Positions 18,767-28,405 of a DNA stretch of 64,000 bases are shown in pieces. The notes under the pieces were generated by a model, which searched no databases, was not told the origin of the DNA, and worked only from the letters and a program-made list of their open reading frames with translations. Position numbers and translations under genes: made by a program. The DNA is from a virus: IMG/VR virus record IMGVR_UViG_3300042305_001483. The stretch is one strand, 5' to 3'. Each line of letters begins with the position of its first letter. Positions within the stretch are counted from its first letter, which is position 1.

Positions 18767-19501
18767 ATGAAAGATATTTTACAAGACATTGTTAGTCACA
18801 CACACAGCCTGGGATTCCTTAATATTGTTAGGGTAACCGGCACAGATGAAAAAACACAAATCGACAGCATGGCCGATGATCGAACTGTTATCATGTTTGC
18901 AGAAACATCTAATCCGTACGAAGACATGATCGGAGTATTTGGAATGGCACAAATGAATAAACTAAAATATTTGTTAGATTGCCCCGAATATAAAGAAGGT
19001 GCAAAAATTGAAGTAGTCAAAACTGACAAAAACGGAGAAACTTTTCCATCCGGACTACTTTTTGAAAATGCTTTAAAAGATTTTAAAAACGATTATCGTT
19101 TTATGAATTCCGAAGTTATTAATATTAAACTTCAAACAGTTAAATTTAGAGGCGTTAAGTGGGATGTCGAAGTTCAACCAAGCATTGCTAGTGTACAAAG
19201 ATTTGCATTCCAAGCAGCAGCAAATAGCGAACATGCTACATTTTTAACAAAAACTGACAGCAATAATTTAAAATTTATTTTCGGTGATGCAGCAAGTCAC
19301 GGTGGTGAATTTATTTTCGCACAAAATGTCACAGGTAGTCTAAACAAAAATTGGTCTTGGCCTGTGTTACAGGTATTGAGCATACTCAAAGCATCCGATG
19401 TTAACAATTGCAAAATGAGTATCAGCAATGAAGGTGCTCTACAAATTACACTGGACAGCGGCCTAGCAACTTACAAATATATTATTCCAGCATTGACATG
19501 A
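18767..19501 (+). CDS. Probable sliding clamp (gp45/PCNA-like)
   Basis: 244 aa, directly after the polymerase, clamp-like size and C-terminus (GALQITLDSGLATYKYIIPA). Confidence 0.55.
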   Translation: MKDILQDIVSHTHSLGFLNIVRVTGTDEKTQIDSMADDRTVIMFAETSNPYEDMIGVFGMAQMNKLKYLLDCPEYKEGAKIEVVKTDKNGETFPSGLLFENALKDFKNDYRFMNSEVINIKLQTVKFRGVKWDVEVQPSIASVQRFAFQAAANSEHATFLTKTDSNNLKFIFGDAASHGGEFIFAQNVTGSLNKNWSWPVLQVLSILKASDVNNCKMSISNEGALQITLDSGLATYKYIIPALT

Positions 19502-19854
19502 TTACAAGTCTATCATCTGGAAAATACATAACTGTTAACGGCTCTTCTGGATCGTATTATAATAATTCTTCTCAGACGTTTACAGGCATGTTACGCTATC
19601 ATAGCGGCGGACGAGTTGAAGTTTTTGATGGTACTTCTTGGATGCAGGTTAATTCAAATCAATTTGTAGATTTAAGCCCAGATACTCAAATAATTATAGA
19701 ATGGGCAAGAAGTAAGATGATAGAAGATCAAGAATTAGAAAAACTAAGCCAAGAACATCCTGCTGTTAAAGCCGCATATGAAAATTTAAATCATGCAAAA
19801 GAACAGTTAAAAGCAACAATTATATTGAGTAAAGATGAAGAAACCACCAGTTAA
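19498..19854 (+). CDS. Hypothetical protein
   Basis: ORF overlapping both neighbours, as in a coupled operon. Confidence 0.65.
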   Translation: MITSLSSGKYITVNGSSGSYYNNSSQTFTGMLRYHSGGRVEVFDGTSWMQVNSNQFVDLSPDTQIIIEWARSKMIEDQELEKLSQEHPAVKAAYENLNHAKEQLKATIILSKDEETTS

Positions 19855-21388
19855 CTTAACCCCATTACAAAAAGACTATGCTGTATATTTGCCAGCTATT
19901 AGTAGTTTCTACAGTACCTATGTTGCCAAGCAACGCCTAGAAGAATTTGTTCCTAAAGATCGAATTCCTAAAGGATTTGATCGCGGTATTGAGGGAATGA
20001 ATTTCTTAAATGAAGAACAAGGATACTTTACCTACAAATATGCTCTTTATTCAGCAGGCCATGCACAATTAGATCTTCAAAAAAGTCTAGAACAAGAGTC
20101 TATGATTCAACAACGTGATCGTGGACAAACTATGATTTTAGGAGATTCTGGTGGATACCAGATTGGTAAAGGTGTTCTTAAATTTGATTGGTTAAATTTT
20201 GAAGGTGCAGAAGCAAATAAAACACGTCAAAAAATTCTAGAATGGCTAGAACTAACTGCTGACTGGTCTATGATGTTAGACGTTCCAACTTGGGCCTGTG
20301 ATCATATACACAGTCCTAAAACTGGACTAAAGACATTTGAAGATTGTCTAGAAAAAACACGTTTCAATAACGATTACTTTCTTAAGAATCGCTTAGGTCA
20401 AACTAAATGGCTAAATGTTCTACAGGGATCAGATTGGGATACTGCGGAACAATGGTACAATGGTGTAAAAGAATTTAGTGACTCCACAGGTCAGTACGCT
20501 GGCAAAGAAGCAGAAGGGTGGGCCTTTGGTGGTGCTAATATGTGTAAGATGGACATTACTCTTAAAAGATTAATGACCATGAGGGAAGATGGAATGCTGA
20601 AAGGCAAAAATTGGATCCACTTCCTGGGCACTGCTCAATTAGATTGGAGTTGTTATCTTACATTAATCCAAAGACAACTAAGGAAACATATCAATGAAGA
20701 AGTTACCATATCTTTTGATTGCGCCTCACCGTTTATCGCAACTGCACACGGGCTTGTCTACACAGACAGTTCACACCAAGCCAAAAGGTGGAGTGTTATT
20801 ATGGACAAAGCACCAGATAACAAATCACTTTCAAAATCAGACATCCCATTCCCATGGAAATCAGAAATCGCTGATAGGTTAACTATGGGAGACATTTGCT
20901 GGTATGCTCCGGGAATGTTAAACAAAGTAGGTAAAGAAGGTAAAACTTCTTGGGATAGTTTTGCTTACGCTCTAATGATGGGCCATAATGTTTATTGCCA
21001 TATTGCAGCAGTGCAAAAAGCACAACAATTAATGGACATCGAATCTGCAAGATTTAATCCAAATTGGAGATTGTCGGGAATCGAAGGTAAAAAAGAAAAA
21101 GAATATAGCGAATGGGTTCCAAATCGAATACTTTACTTTAAAAACTTTTTAGATGAATTGTTTTCCACAAATACTAAAAAAGAAGCATTTGATCTAATTG
21201 AACAAGCATTGCCATTTATAAAAAGTTTGGAAGGCGCTAGACTACAAGGCGGTCCTGCTCAAAACAATTTTAGAGTTTTATTTAAATCTAGCGAAATTAA
21301 AAAAGAAGAAATTGATCTTGCTAACCCAGATGACGACGAATTAAGAGCCTTAGAAGAAAGTATTACAGGAGAATTAAATGCCTCGTAA
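19835..21388 (+). CDS. dpdA: TGT-fold 7-deazaguanine DNA transglycosylase (DpdA/DpdA2-like)
   Basis: LGDSGGYQI, MMLDVP, NVLQG, GWAFGG, HFLG, SFDCAS motifs; queE and a QueD-like gene nearby. Confidence 0.8.
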   Translation: MKKPPVNLTPLQKDYAVYLPAISSFYSTYVAKQRLEEFVPKDRIPKGFDRGIEGMNFLNEEQGYFTYKYALYSAGHAQLDLQKSLEQESMIQQRDRGQTMILGDSGGYQIGKGVLKFDWLNFEGAEANKTRQKILEWLELTADWSMMLDVPTWACDHIHSPKTGLKTFEDCLEKTRFNNDYFLKNRLGQTKWLNVLQGSDWDTAEQWYNGVKEFSDSTGQYAGKEAEGWAFGGANMCKMDITLKRLMTMREDGMLKGKNWIHFLGTAQLDWSCYLTLIQRQLRKHINEEVTISFDCASPFIATAHGLVYTDSSHQAKRWSVIMDKAPDNKSLSKSDIPFPWKSEIADRLTMGDICWYAPGMLNKVGKEGKTSWDSFAYALMMGHNVYCHIAAVQKAQQLMDIESARFNPNWRLSGIEGKKEKEYSEWVPNRILYFKNFLDELFSTNTKKEAFDLIEQALPFIKSLEGARLQGGPAQNNFRVLFKSSEIKKEEIDLANPDDDELRALEESITGELNAS

Positions 21389-21590
21389 AAAAGAAACAGT
21401 AAAAGAAAAAGATGTAAAATGGCCCAAAATTATTCAAGGTAGTCATAGTACCAGAACCGAATATGAAGATGGTCGAGTAGAATTCGTTACAGATTGGGAT
21501 GCTCTTCAAAAAGATGTTCATAATGCATTGACAGAATATGAAAATTCCGTTAAACTAAAAAAGTCAAAAACTTCAAAAGTTAAAAAATGA
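21378..21590 (+). CDS. Hypothetical protein
   Basis: GGAG SD, coupled ORF. Confidence 0.6.
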   Translation: MPRKKETVKEKDVKWPKIIQGSHSTRTEYEDGRVEFVTDWDALQKDVHNALTEYENSVKLKKSKTSKVKK

Positions 21591-22099
21591 AAAGAAATTA
21601 CGCATCTGGTGTTAACGAAAACATTGTTTTCTTTACTGGCAAAGAAGTAGAACGGACTCCAGCATACGGAATGACTACATTATTTGTAGTAGGTATTCAA
21701 TCCGTAGAATCTATTGCACTTAAAATGCAAGGTTGTGAGCATATCTTCTTTGGTGCTAACCATAGTTATAATCCTCAAACTTATGACGAACATAAGGCTT
21801 GGGAAGAAATGATCCAATTTTTCCTTGATAGAGATTATCTATGCAGTCTTGATATTCCGATGAATCAAGTCGAAGAATTTCATGAAGGTGGTCTTTGCGA
21901 ATATGATAATTTTATTCCGCAAATTCGTGTACCAATTCCGTATATTAAACTTTGGAATTACAATACGATGCTCAAAATTGATGACAAAGGTTTTAATTCA
22001 ACTAACCCCGGTGTGTGGTCACACAGTCTACATACACTAATGGATCGTAGTAAATTTACAGACTGGAATCAATATAATAAGGACAACGTGCTTCAATGA
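21587..22099 (+). CDS. Hypothetical protein in the deazaguanine cluster
   Basis: 170 aa ORF coupled to the QueD-like gene; EVERTPAYG..TLFVVG, HIFFGANHS. Confidence 0.7.
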   Translation: MKRNYASGVNENIVFFTGKEVERTPAYGMTTLFVVGIQSVESIALKMQGCEHIFFGANHSYNPQTYDEHKAWEEMIQFFLDRDYLCSLDIPMNQVEEFHEGGLCEYDNFIPQIRVPIPYIKLWNYNTMLKIDDKGFNSTNPGVWSHSLHTLMDRSKFTDWNQYNKDNVLQ

Positions 22100-22482
22100 A
22101 TACCGAACAATCCATGATTTGGGTAACTTTCCAAAAAGAAGGCATTCATCATTATCCAGACGCTAGGTTTAATCCTAAACTAGTTACTAATGATGAATAT
22201 GATGTAAGTTTTTTAGGTTATCCACATAGACACATTTTTCATTTCAAAGTATATATCCAAGTTCATCACGATGATCGTGATATTGAATTTATTCAATTTA
22301 AACGTTGGCTCGAAAGCCTATACAACGAAGGCACACTCGAACTCAACCACAAATCCTGCGAAATGATTGCAAGAGATCTTCATGCAACCATTAACGCAAG
22401 ATACCCAGTCCGAGAGGTCTGGATTAGTGTAAGTGAAGACAACGAAAATGGTTGCTTCATTAAATTTCCATCAACCCTTTAA
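22096..22482 (+). CDS. dpdL: QueD/PTPS-like T-fold protein of the DpdL type (probable CDG decarboxylase)
   Basis: LGYPHRHIF (LxxxHRHxF) in place of the QueD CxxxHGH motif; SCEMIA, VSED.ENG. The DpdL motif is recalled, not searched. Confidence 0.65.
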   Translation: MNTEQSMIWVTFQKEGIHHYPDARFNPKLVTNDEYDVSFLGYPHRHIFHFKVYIQVHHDDRDIEFIQFKRWLESLYNEGTLELNHKSCEMIARDLHATINARYPVREVWISVSEDNENGCFIKFPSTL

Positions 22483-22499
22483 TTTAAGGTATTTTTAAA

Positions 22500-22703
22500 A
22501 TGGCATTGTCTCCTAACGTTCAACGCACTCTTGTTATGAAGCCCGAAGTGACTAAGATCTTCGATGATCTTGAAGCGTGGCTCGATCATTGTCGGTTTAA
22601 TCTGCTCAAGTATGACGAGAGAGATCTTTACAAATCCCCCGAATACAAAGCATGGGCTAAGGAAAAAGGAAAAAAGACAAAAAGTTATAAGAGACATTCA
22701 TAA
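22500..22703 (+). CDS. Hypothetical protein
   Basis: AAGGT SD; 67 aa ORF ending just before a terminator. Confidence 0.65.
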   Translation: MALSPNVQRTLVMKPEVTKIFDDLEAWLDHCRFNLLKYDERDLYKSPEYKAWAKEKGKKTKSYKRHS

Positions 22704-22704
22704 T

Positions 22705-22733
22705 AAAAAAGCCGCATTATGCGGCTTTTTTTT
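22705..22733. terminator. Bidirectional intrinsic terminator
   Basis: A6-GCCGCA-TTA-TGCGGC-T8 between convergent genes. Confidence 0.88.
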
Positions 22734-23577
22734 AGATCTTTTCTTTTGGAACCCAAAATCTATCCATCTTTTTAGGTACTACTTGCCAATCTCTACCCAG
22801 TACTGTACCATCATTAAGTGTTTGAACATAATCAATATCATTCATATATTCACACAGTTCTTGTGCAGTATAACCAGCACGTAAACATTGTTTTTCTACC
22901 ATTTCTGTTTGAATAACAGGCCTATCTCTATCGATCAAAGTCCTAGCACCTTTAATAACAGGCAATTCCCATCCTTCAACATCGATTTTGATTCCATCAA
23001 CTTCTGTAAATCCAAAACTATCTAATGTTTTAACTTCGACTGAATATTTAATTTTTTCAACTTTTGGTTCTCGACGTTTTGCCCATCCACTTTTAGTCAA
23101 CTGCATTTCTCCTTCTGGGACAATATGATTATGGCCAGCATTTCTTGGATGACAATACATTTCAGTATTGTATGCTTTATCACTAAGTGCATATGGAAAA
23201 ATTTCAACTTTCCCCACAGGCGCTAAACTTGCCCAAGAATCATCTGCTAATTTATACCATCCGTCGCTGTCAATAAATGTAGATTGATTATGTTGTAAGT
23301 TTTCTTCAAACCAACTTCTTACCCAAGGTGTAGGTTCAAAACTTTTTACTTGTTTTGCCCATGTTGCATATTCAATAGTGTTATTTCCAATATTTGCACC
23401 AACATCGATCAATGTTCTTGCATTTTTAGTTAGATCTCTGAATCTTCGTAAATTACTAATTTGATAACCTCTTCCTGCCAATCTTTGAAGGTATAATGTA
23501 TCCTGGTCTTCTAAAATAAATTTTCTTCCTATGCGATTGGTAATATAAGTAGTTGCGGGACTATAAACTTGTGTCAT
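22732..23577 (-). CDS. FkbM-family SAM-dependent methyltransferase
   Basis: IDVGANIG, SFEP, TLDS, IKIDVEGWELPVIKGA. Confidence 0.9.
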   Translation of the reverse strand: MTQVYSPATTYITNRIGRKFILEDQDTLYLQRLAGRGYQISNLRRFRDLTKNARTLIDVGANIGNNTIEYATWAKQVKSFEPTPWVRSWFEENLQHNQSTFIDSDGWYKLADDSWASLAPVGKVEIFPYALSDKAYNTEMYCHPRNAGHNHIVPEGEMQLTKSGWAKRREPKVEKIKYSVEVKTLDSFGFTEVDGIKIDVEGWELPVIKGARTLIDRDRPVIQTEMVEKQCLRAGYTAQELCEYMNDIDYVQTLNDGTVLGRDWQVVPKKMDRFWVPKEKI

Positions 23578-23616
23578 ATAATATCCTTAAAATTGTTGAA
23601 GATATTTATGACACAA
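23569..23616 (-). promoter_or_regulatory. Late promoter TAAATA (23608-23603) inside a long hairpin that covers the SD and ATG of the FkbM gene
   Basis: TTGTGTCATA/TATGACACAA 10 bp arms plus inner AATATCTT/AGGATATT. Confidence 0.65.
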
Positions 23617-23640
23617 TTTTTTTAAAGTAAGGATTCGTGA

Positions 23641-24714
23641 ATGTCAATTTATATAATAGATCTAGAACCGGTTGAATCTAGATACACAGCACAATGGAAA
23701 GATCATGTACCAGAACTTCTTAAAAAAACAGGACATCAAATTCAAGTTATTAGTGGCCCTAAAGATATTCCTAATGCCACTACTCCTGGTGCCTTTCTTA
23801 ATTTTGGGGGGACTAATGTTTATAAGTCTAGCCAAGTTGAGCAACTGGGTCGTTTATTTTGCGCCGGAGCAATTAAGTCTGGTGATCATTTTCTGTTTAC
23901 TGATGCTTGGCATCCTGGTATCATAAACTTAAAATACATGAGTGAACTTCTTAACATCCCAGTTAAGATTCACGCTCTGTGGCATGCCGGTAGTTATGAT
24001 CCACATGATTTCTTAGGCCGACTTATCAATGATGCACCATGGGTTAGACATGCCGAAAAAAGTTTTTTTCATGCCATCGATCATAACTATTTTGCAACTA
24101 AATTCCATATTGAAATGTTCATGGAAAATCTTTTAGGAGTAGATTTTAGAACAGGTGCGATGAGATACATGGAAAATAAAAATATCATCAGGTCTGGCTG
24201 GCCTATGGAATATATGGAAAAAACACTTGAGCCTTTTAAAGGTCTCACAAAGAAAAATCAAATTGTTTTCCCTCATCGAATTGCTCCAGAAAAACAAGTA
24301 GAAATTTTTAGAGATCTTGCCAAACATTTACCACAGTACAATTTTGTAGTTTGCCAAGATCAACAACTAACAAAAGACGAATATCATAAAATTTTAGGCG
24401 AATCTAAAATAGTATTCAGTTGCAGTCTACAAGAAACACTAGGTATAGGCTGTTATGAAGGTGCGTTAGTGGGTGCAATCCCAATGGTTCCAGATCGGCT
24501 TTCCTATAAAGAAATGTATTACGAAGGGTTTAAATACCCTAGCCAATGGACCGAATCTTGGAAGTCTTATGAAATTCACCGACGAGAAATTTGCTTTTCT
24601 ATAATTAGATTTATTGACAACTACGATAAACATCTTGTTTATCTAGAAAAACAGGCAACAGATCTTACAAATTATTTTTTCAGTGCAAATTCGTTATTGG
24701 AGAATTTTAAATGA
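23641..24714 (+). CDS. GT-B fold glycosyltransferase (GT4-like)
   Basis: VFPHRIAPEKQ, SLQETLGIGCYEG, PDRLSYKEM (E-x7-E type C-terminal domain). Confidence 0.8.
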   Translation: MSIYIIDLEPVESRYTAQWKDHVPELLKKTGHQIQVISGPKDIPNATTPGAFLNFGGTNVYKSSQVEQLGRLFCAGAIKSGDHFLFTDAWHPGIINLKYMSELLNIPVKIHALWHAGSYDPHDFLGRLINDAPWVRHAEKSFFHAIDHNYFATKFHIEMFMENLLGVDFRTGAMRYMENKNIIRSGWPMEYMEKTLEPFKGLTKKNQIVFPHRIAPEKQVEIFRDLAKHLPQYNFVVCQDQQLTKDEYHKILGESKIVFSCSLQETLGIGCYEGALVGAIPMVPDRLSYKEMYYEGFKYPSQWTESWKSYEIHRREICFSIIRFIDNYDKHLVYLEKQATDLTNYFFSANSLLENFK

Positions 24715-25184
24715 AATGGTTACTAAATATTCTTGAAAAGAATAATCGAAAAAGAATTGTATTGGATAGACAATCAAATGAACCATATCTCGAACGCTAT
24801 TATCTATTTCTCCGCGACAGAAAATGGTTTCCTTTCAATGTGTTCTTGCACAAGTTTCTTAAGTCAGACCCCGATGATGTGCATGATCATCCATGGCCTT
24901 ACGCTACTTTAATTCTCAAGGGTGGTTACTACGAATGGGTTCCACAATTTAATTCTACTGGAAAAAAGATTGGCGAAATACGTCATTGGAGGGGACCCGG
25001 TCATTTTCGTGTATGCCGGTCTACTTCGTATCATCGCATCGAACTTGCCGAAGGAGTAGAATGCTGGACAATGTTTATGCCAGGACCTCAACGTCGCGAA
25101 TGGGGGTTCTTAATTCCAGGACAAGAACATGATCGTTGGGTACACAACAACGTATACTTAAAACATAAATCAAAAAATGGATAA
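24711..25184 (+). CDS. Cupin-fold protein
   Basis: HKFLKSDPDDVHDHPW..LILKGGYYE..HRIEL. Confidence 0.75.
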   Translation: MKWLLNILEKNNRKRIVLDRQSNEPYLERYYLFLRDRKWFPFNVFLHKFLKSDPDDVHDHPWPYATLILKGGYYEWVPQFNSTGKKIGEIRHWRGPGHFRVCRSTSYHRIELAEGVECWTMFMPGPQRREWGFLIPGQEHDRWVHNNVYLKHKSKNG

Positions 25185-25551
25185 AAATAAAGAATTAGAA
25201 ACTGCCGATGTCCCTTGGACAAATCCCATTAACGAAGATTATCATGTCACTGTTTACCGAGATGGATATCCTGTTTCTCTCGGACACCTGTTGTTCGTTC
25301 CCAATTACAACACTCCAGAAGTTATTCAAGATGCATTTTACGATGCATATAAGGCAGGACTAGAATTAGTAAAGTCTGGAAAGGCAGATGGGTTTAACAT
25401 TGGGTTTAATTTTGGTAGTGCCGCAGGACAAACTGTAATGTATCCTCATGTGCATTTAATTCCTAGATACGAAGGTGATGTTGAAGATCCCGTTGGAGGA
25501 GTAAGAAACGTTATTCCAGGAAAAGGTAATTATAGAAAGTGGCCTAAATGA
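25177..25551 (+). CDS. HIT-family nucleotide hydrolase
   Basis: [14 protein letters not shown]; [26 protein letters not shown]. Confidence 0.9.
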   Translation: MDKNKELETADVPWTNPINEDYHVTVYRDGYPVSLGHLLFVPNYNTPEVIQDAFYDAYKAGLELVKSGKADGFNIGFNFGSAAGQTVMYPHVHLIPRYEGDVEDPVGGVRNVIPGKGNYRKWPK

Positions 25552-26654
25552 GAATCGAAGACGAAATTAAGTTAGATTTTAAAGACGTATTAATTCGCCC
25601 AAAGCGTAGTACACTTAGTAGTCGCAAAGAAGTTGATTTAAATCGCACTTACAAATTTAAACATAGCGGGTGGGAATGGACTGGTGTTCCAATCATGGCT
25701 GCTAACATGGACGGAGTGGGTACTTTTAATATGGCGGAAGCATTGCAAGAACATAAAATGTTTACTTGTCTTGTTAAAAGTTATCTACTGAATGATTTTA
25801 TTTACATGCAAGAACTTATCAATGGTAAGCATTTTGCCGTTAGTACAGGCACCAGTGACAAAGATTGGACCAAATTACAGCAAATTCTAAATACGTATCC
25901 AGAATTACATTTTATATGTATCGATGTAGCAAACGGTTATAGTGAACACTTTGGAGACTTTGTTGCTAAGGTCCGTGCTAGATATCCTACACATACTATT
26001 ATTGCAGGTAATGTAGTTACTGCTGACATGACACAGGAGTTAATTTTACGTGGAGCAGATATTATTAAAGTTGGTATTGGGCCTGGTAGTGTTTGCACTA
26101 CTCGTATTCAGACAGGTGTTGGCTATCCGCAATTATCCGCTATTATTGAATGTGCCGATGCCGCTCATGGTCTTGGTGGACACATCATTGCTGACGGCGG
26201 CTGTACTTGTCCTGGAGATGTAGTCAAAGCATTTGGGGCCGGTGCTGACTTTGTAATGCTAGGCGGTATGCTAGCCGGTCATGATGAAGGTGGTGGGGAA
26301 GTAATTACAAATTATTTTAAAACCAATGAAGTCCTAACCAAAGAATTTGATAAAAATGGTGATTTGCTAATTCATAACTATAAAGTTGAAGTAAAAAAAT
26401 TTGTTGAATTTTATGGCATGAGTAGTGATACTGCAATGGATAAACACCACGGCGGAGTAGCAAGTTATCGTAGTAGTGAGGGTCGCACAGTTACAATTCC
26501 ATATCGAGGAAAAGTGAACGATACTGTATTAGATTTATTAGGCGGGTTAAGAAGTGCTTGTACTTATGTAGGTGCACCTACATTAAAACAACTTAGTAAG
26601 TGTACCACATTTGTGAGAGTAAGCAGACAAATAAACGATGTGTTTGTTAAATAA
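25548..26654 (+). CDS. guaC: GMP reductase
   Basis: [60 protein letters not shown]. Confidence 0.96.
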   Translation: MRIEDEIKLDFKDVLIRPKRSTLSSRKEVDLNRTYKFKHSGWEWTGVPIMAANMDGVGTFNMAEALQEHKMFTCLVKSYLLNDFIYMQELINGKHFAVSTGTSDKDWTKLQQILNTYPELHFICIDVANGYSEHFGDFVAKVRARYPTHTIIAGNVVTADMTQELILRGADIIKVGIGPGSVCTTRIQTGVGYPQLSAIIECADAAHGLGGHIIADGGCTCPGDVVKAFGAGADFVMLGGMLAGHDEGGGEVITNYFKTNEVLTKEFDKNGDLLIHNYKVEVKKFVEFYGMSSDTAMDKHHGGVASYRSSEGRTVTIPYRGKVNDTVLDLLGGLRSACTYVGAPTLKQLSKCTTFVRVSRQINDVFVK

Positions 26655-27498
26655 TTTTTGTTATTTTTTGATCGTAAATTGACGTACAGGCTTGCATTTT
26701 ACATGGTTCGGGTTCTTTTAACAAATCAAAATTTTTAAAAATATTTCCATGATTGGTATTATTGCAATCTGAACCAGAAATGTAACCTTCTGCCGATATT
26801 TTTAATTTTTCAATTCCGGCAAAACATTTTTTTCCTGTAAATGAGGGACTGGTCTCTAGTATTTCAACCCATTTTTGTTTAAAAGTTTCTTCTTGTTTTC
26901 CTCGATTTTTATCAACCCATTCTTTTCCAAATAATTTTTCTAACTGATTTTCTGTATACGGCAACAATCCTAACATATATTCGGCACTTTTATATAAAGC
27001 AGTTTTTTCTACATGCATATTATGCATTTCTTGTACTAACTCGGCCCTGTTCCAATCTTCATCGAAATAGTCAGGTCTAATTGGAACCATCATTTTAAAA
27101 GTTGTACTCTTAGATTTAAAAGTTTGAATTATATAATTAATAAGATTAGGATTTTGCCAATAATGATAAGTTAAAATCAAATTATCTAAATTAGGTTCAA
27201 TAGCAAACCAGTCTAACCAAAGTTTTCCACCGTTGGTACTTAATGTTGTTGTTCCACCATTTTCTTTACACAGTTTTAACAACATTGGAAATTCAAAAAA
27301 TTCTAACGGTTCTCCTCCATCAAATTTCCAATTAATTATTCTCCCCATACTATTAAAATGCTCTATCATTTTTTTAGCAACTGACATGTATTCATCAAAA
27401 TGCCTAATACCGCCTCCCCAAAATTTTGAAGGACAGTATGAACATCCGCCTGTGCAATAATTATGAATGGTCCAAGAAATTTCAGTTTTATTATTCAT
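26647..27498 (-). CDS. Radical SAM protein with C-terminal Cys (twitch/SPASM-like) motif
   Basis: [17 protein letters not shown]-terminal CFAG..C..C..C. Confidence 0.85.
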   Translation of the reverse strand: MNNKTEISWTIHNYCTGGCSYCPSKFWGGGIRHFDEYMSVAKKMIEHFNSMGRIINWKFDGGEPLEFFEFPMLLKLCKENGGTTTLSTNGGKLWLDWFAIEPNLDNLILTYHYWQNPNLINYIIQTFKSKSTTFKMMVPIRPDYFDEDWNRAELVQEMHNMHVEKTALYKSAEYMLGLLPYTENQLEKLFGKEWVDKNRGKQEETFKQKWVEILETSPSFTGKKCFAGIEKLKISAEGYISGSDCNNTNHGNIFKNFDLLKEPEPCKMQACTSIYDQKITKII

Positions 27499-27503
27499 TG
27501 CTC

Positions 27504-27532
27504 TTGATTTTTCTAAATATTAGTAATATACT
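27504..27532 (+). promoter_or_regulatory. Sigma70-type promoter for queE, divergent from a TAAGTA late-like box (27538-27533, minus strand)
   Basis: TTGATT-17 nt-TATACT. Confidence 0.6.
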
Positions 27533-27555
27533 TACTTATTATTCAAGGAATAAAA

Positions 27556-28404
27556 ATGGCAAAAATTAAAGTTAGTGAACTATTTTATTCTATCCAGGGA
27601 GAAGGAAGATATATGGGCGTGCCTAGTGTGTTCTTAAGAACATTTGGGTGCAACTTTACCTGTGATGGATTTGGAATGCCTAAAGGAGAAAAATCAAATG
27701 AACGACACAATGTGGCAAGTCGTATTTCAGAGTTTAAACAGTATAGAGATTTACCTCTTGTTCATACCGGTTGTGATTCTTATGCTAGTTGGGATCCTAG
27801 GTTCAAAGACCTTTCACCTATGGTTGAAACGGATGGCCTTGCGGAGGATATCGTCAACCTCTTACCATACAAAAGATGGACGAGGGAACATTTAGTCATT
27901 ACTGGAGGCGAACCTCTTTTGGGATGGCAACGTGCTTATCCAGAGTTACTAGAACATCCAAAGATGCAGAGTCTTAAAGAAATTACATTCGAGACGAACG
28001 GTACTCAAAGATTAGACGAAAAATTTAAAAAATATCTAAAAGAATGGCAAACTGCTAACCGTGATCGAGAAATTACTTTTAGTGTCAGTGCAAAACTTCC
28101 TGCAAGCGGTGAACTGTGGGAAGATGCAATTAAACCAGATATTGTATATGATTATTCCACAGTCGGTTATACGTATCTTAAATTTGTCGTAGCCACAGAA
28201 GATGACATTAAAGATGCGTTAATGGCAATGGGAAAATTTAGAGACGAAGGTTTCCTTGGTGAAGTATATCTTATGCCTGTTGGAGGCGTCGAAAGTGTTT
28301 ATAATTTAAATAATAAAAACGTAGCACTGGCATGTATGAAACACGGTCTTAGGTACAGTGATAGATTACAAGTACCGCTTTTTAAGAACGAGTGGGGAAC
28401 TTAA
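27556..28404 (+). CDS. queE: 7-carboxy-7-deazaguanine synthase
   Basis: ELFYSIQGEG, FLRTFGCNFTC...GCDS, ITGGEPLL, FETNGT, RLQ. Confidence 0.92.
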   Translation: MAKIKVSELFYSIQGEGRYMGVPSVFLRTFGCNFTCDGFGMPKGEKSNERHNVASRISEFKQYRDLPLVHTGCDSYASWDPRFKDLSPMVETDGLAEDIVNLLPYKRWTREHLVITGGEPLLGWQRAYPELLEHPKMQSLKEITFETNGTQRLDEKFKKYLKEWQTANRDREITFSVSAKLPASGELWEDAIKPDIVYDYSTVGYTYLKFVVATEDDIKDALMAMGKFRDEGFLGEVYLMPVGGVESVYNLNNKNVALACMKHGLRYSDRLQVPLFKNEWGT

Positions 28405-28405
28405 A

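Noticed and set aside
22096-22482. Canonical QueD
   Set aside because: Lacks the CxxxHGH motif and has LxxxHRHxF instead
25548-26654. IMP dehydrogenase (guaB)
   Set aside because: [18 protein letters not shown] and the N-terminus match GMP reductase
27488-27545. 10 bp direct repeat TTATTATTCA flanking the divergent promoter region
   Set aside because: Low complexity and AT-rich; cannot be told from chance, and one copy lies inside the CDS so it is not a target-site duplication
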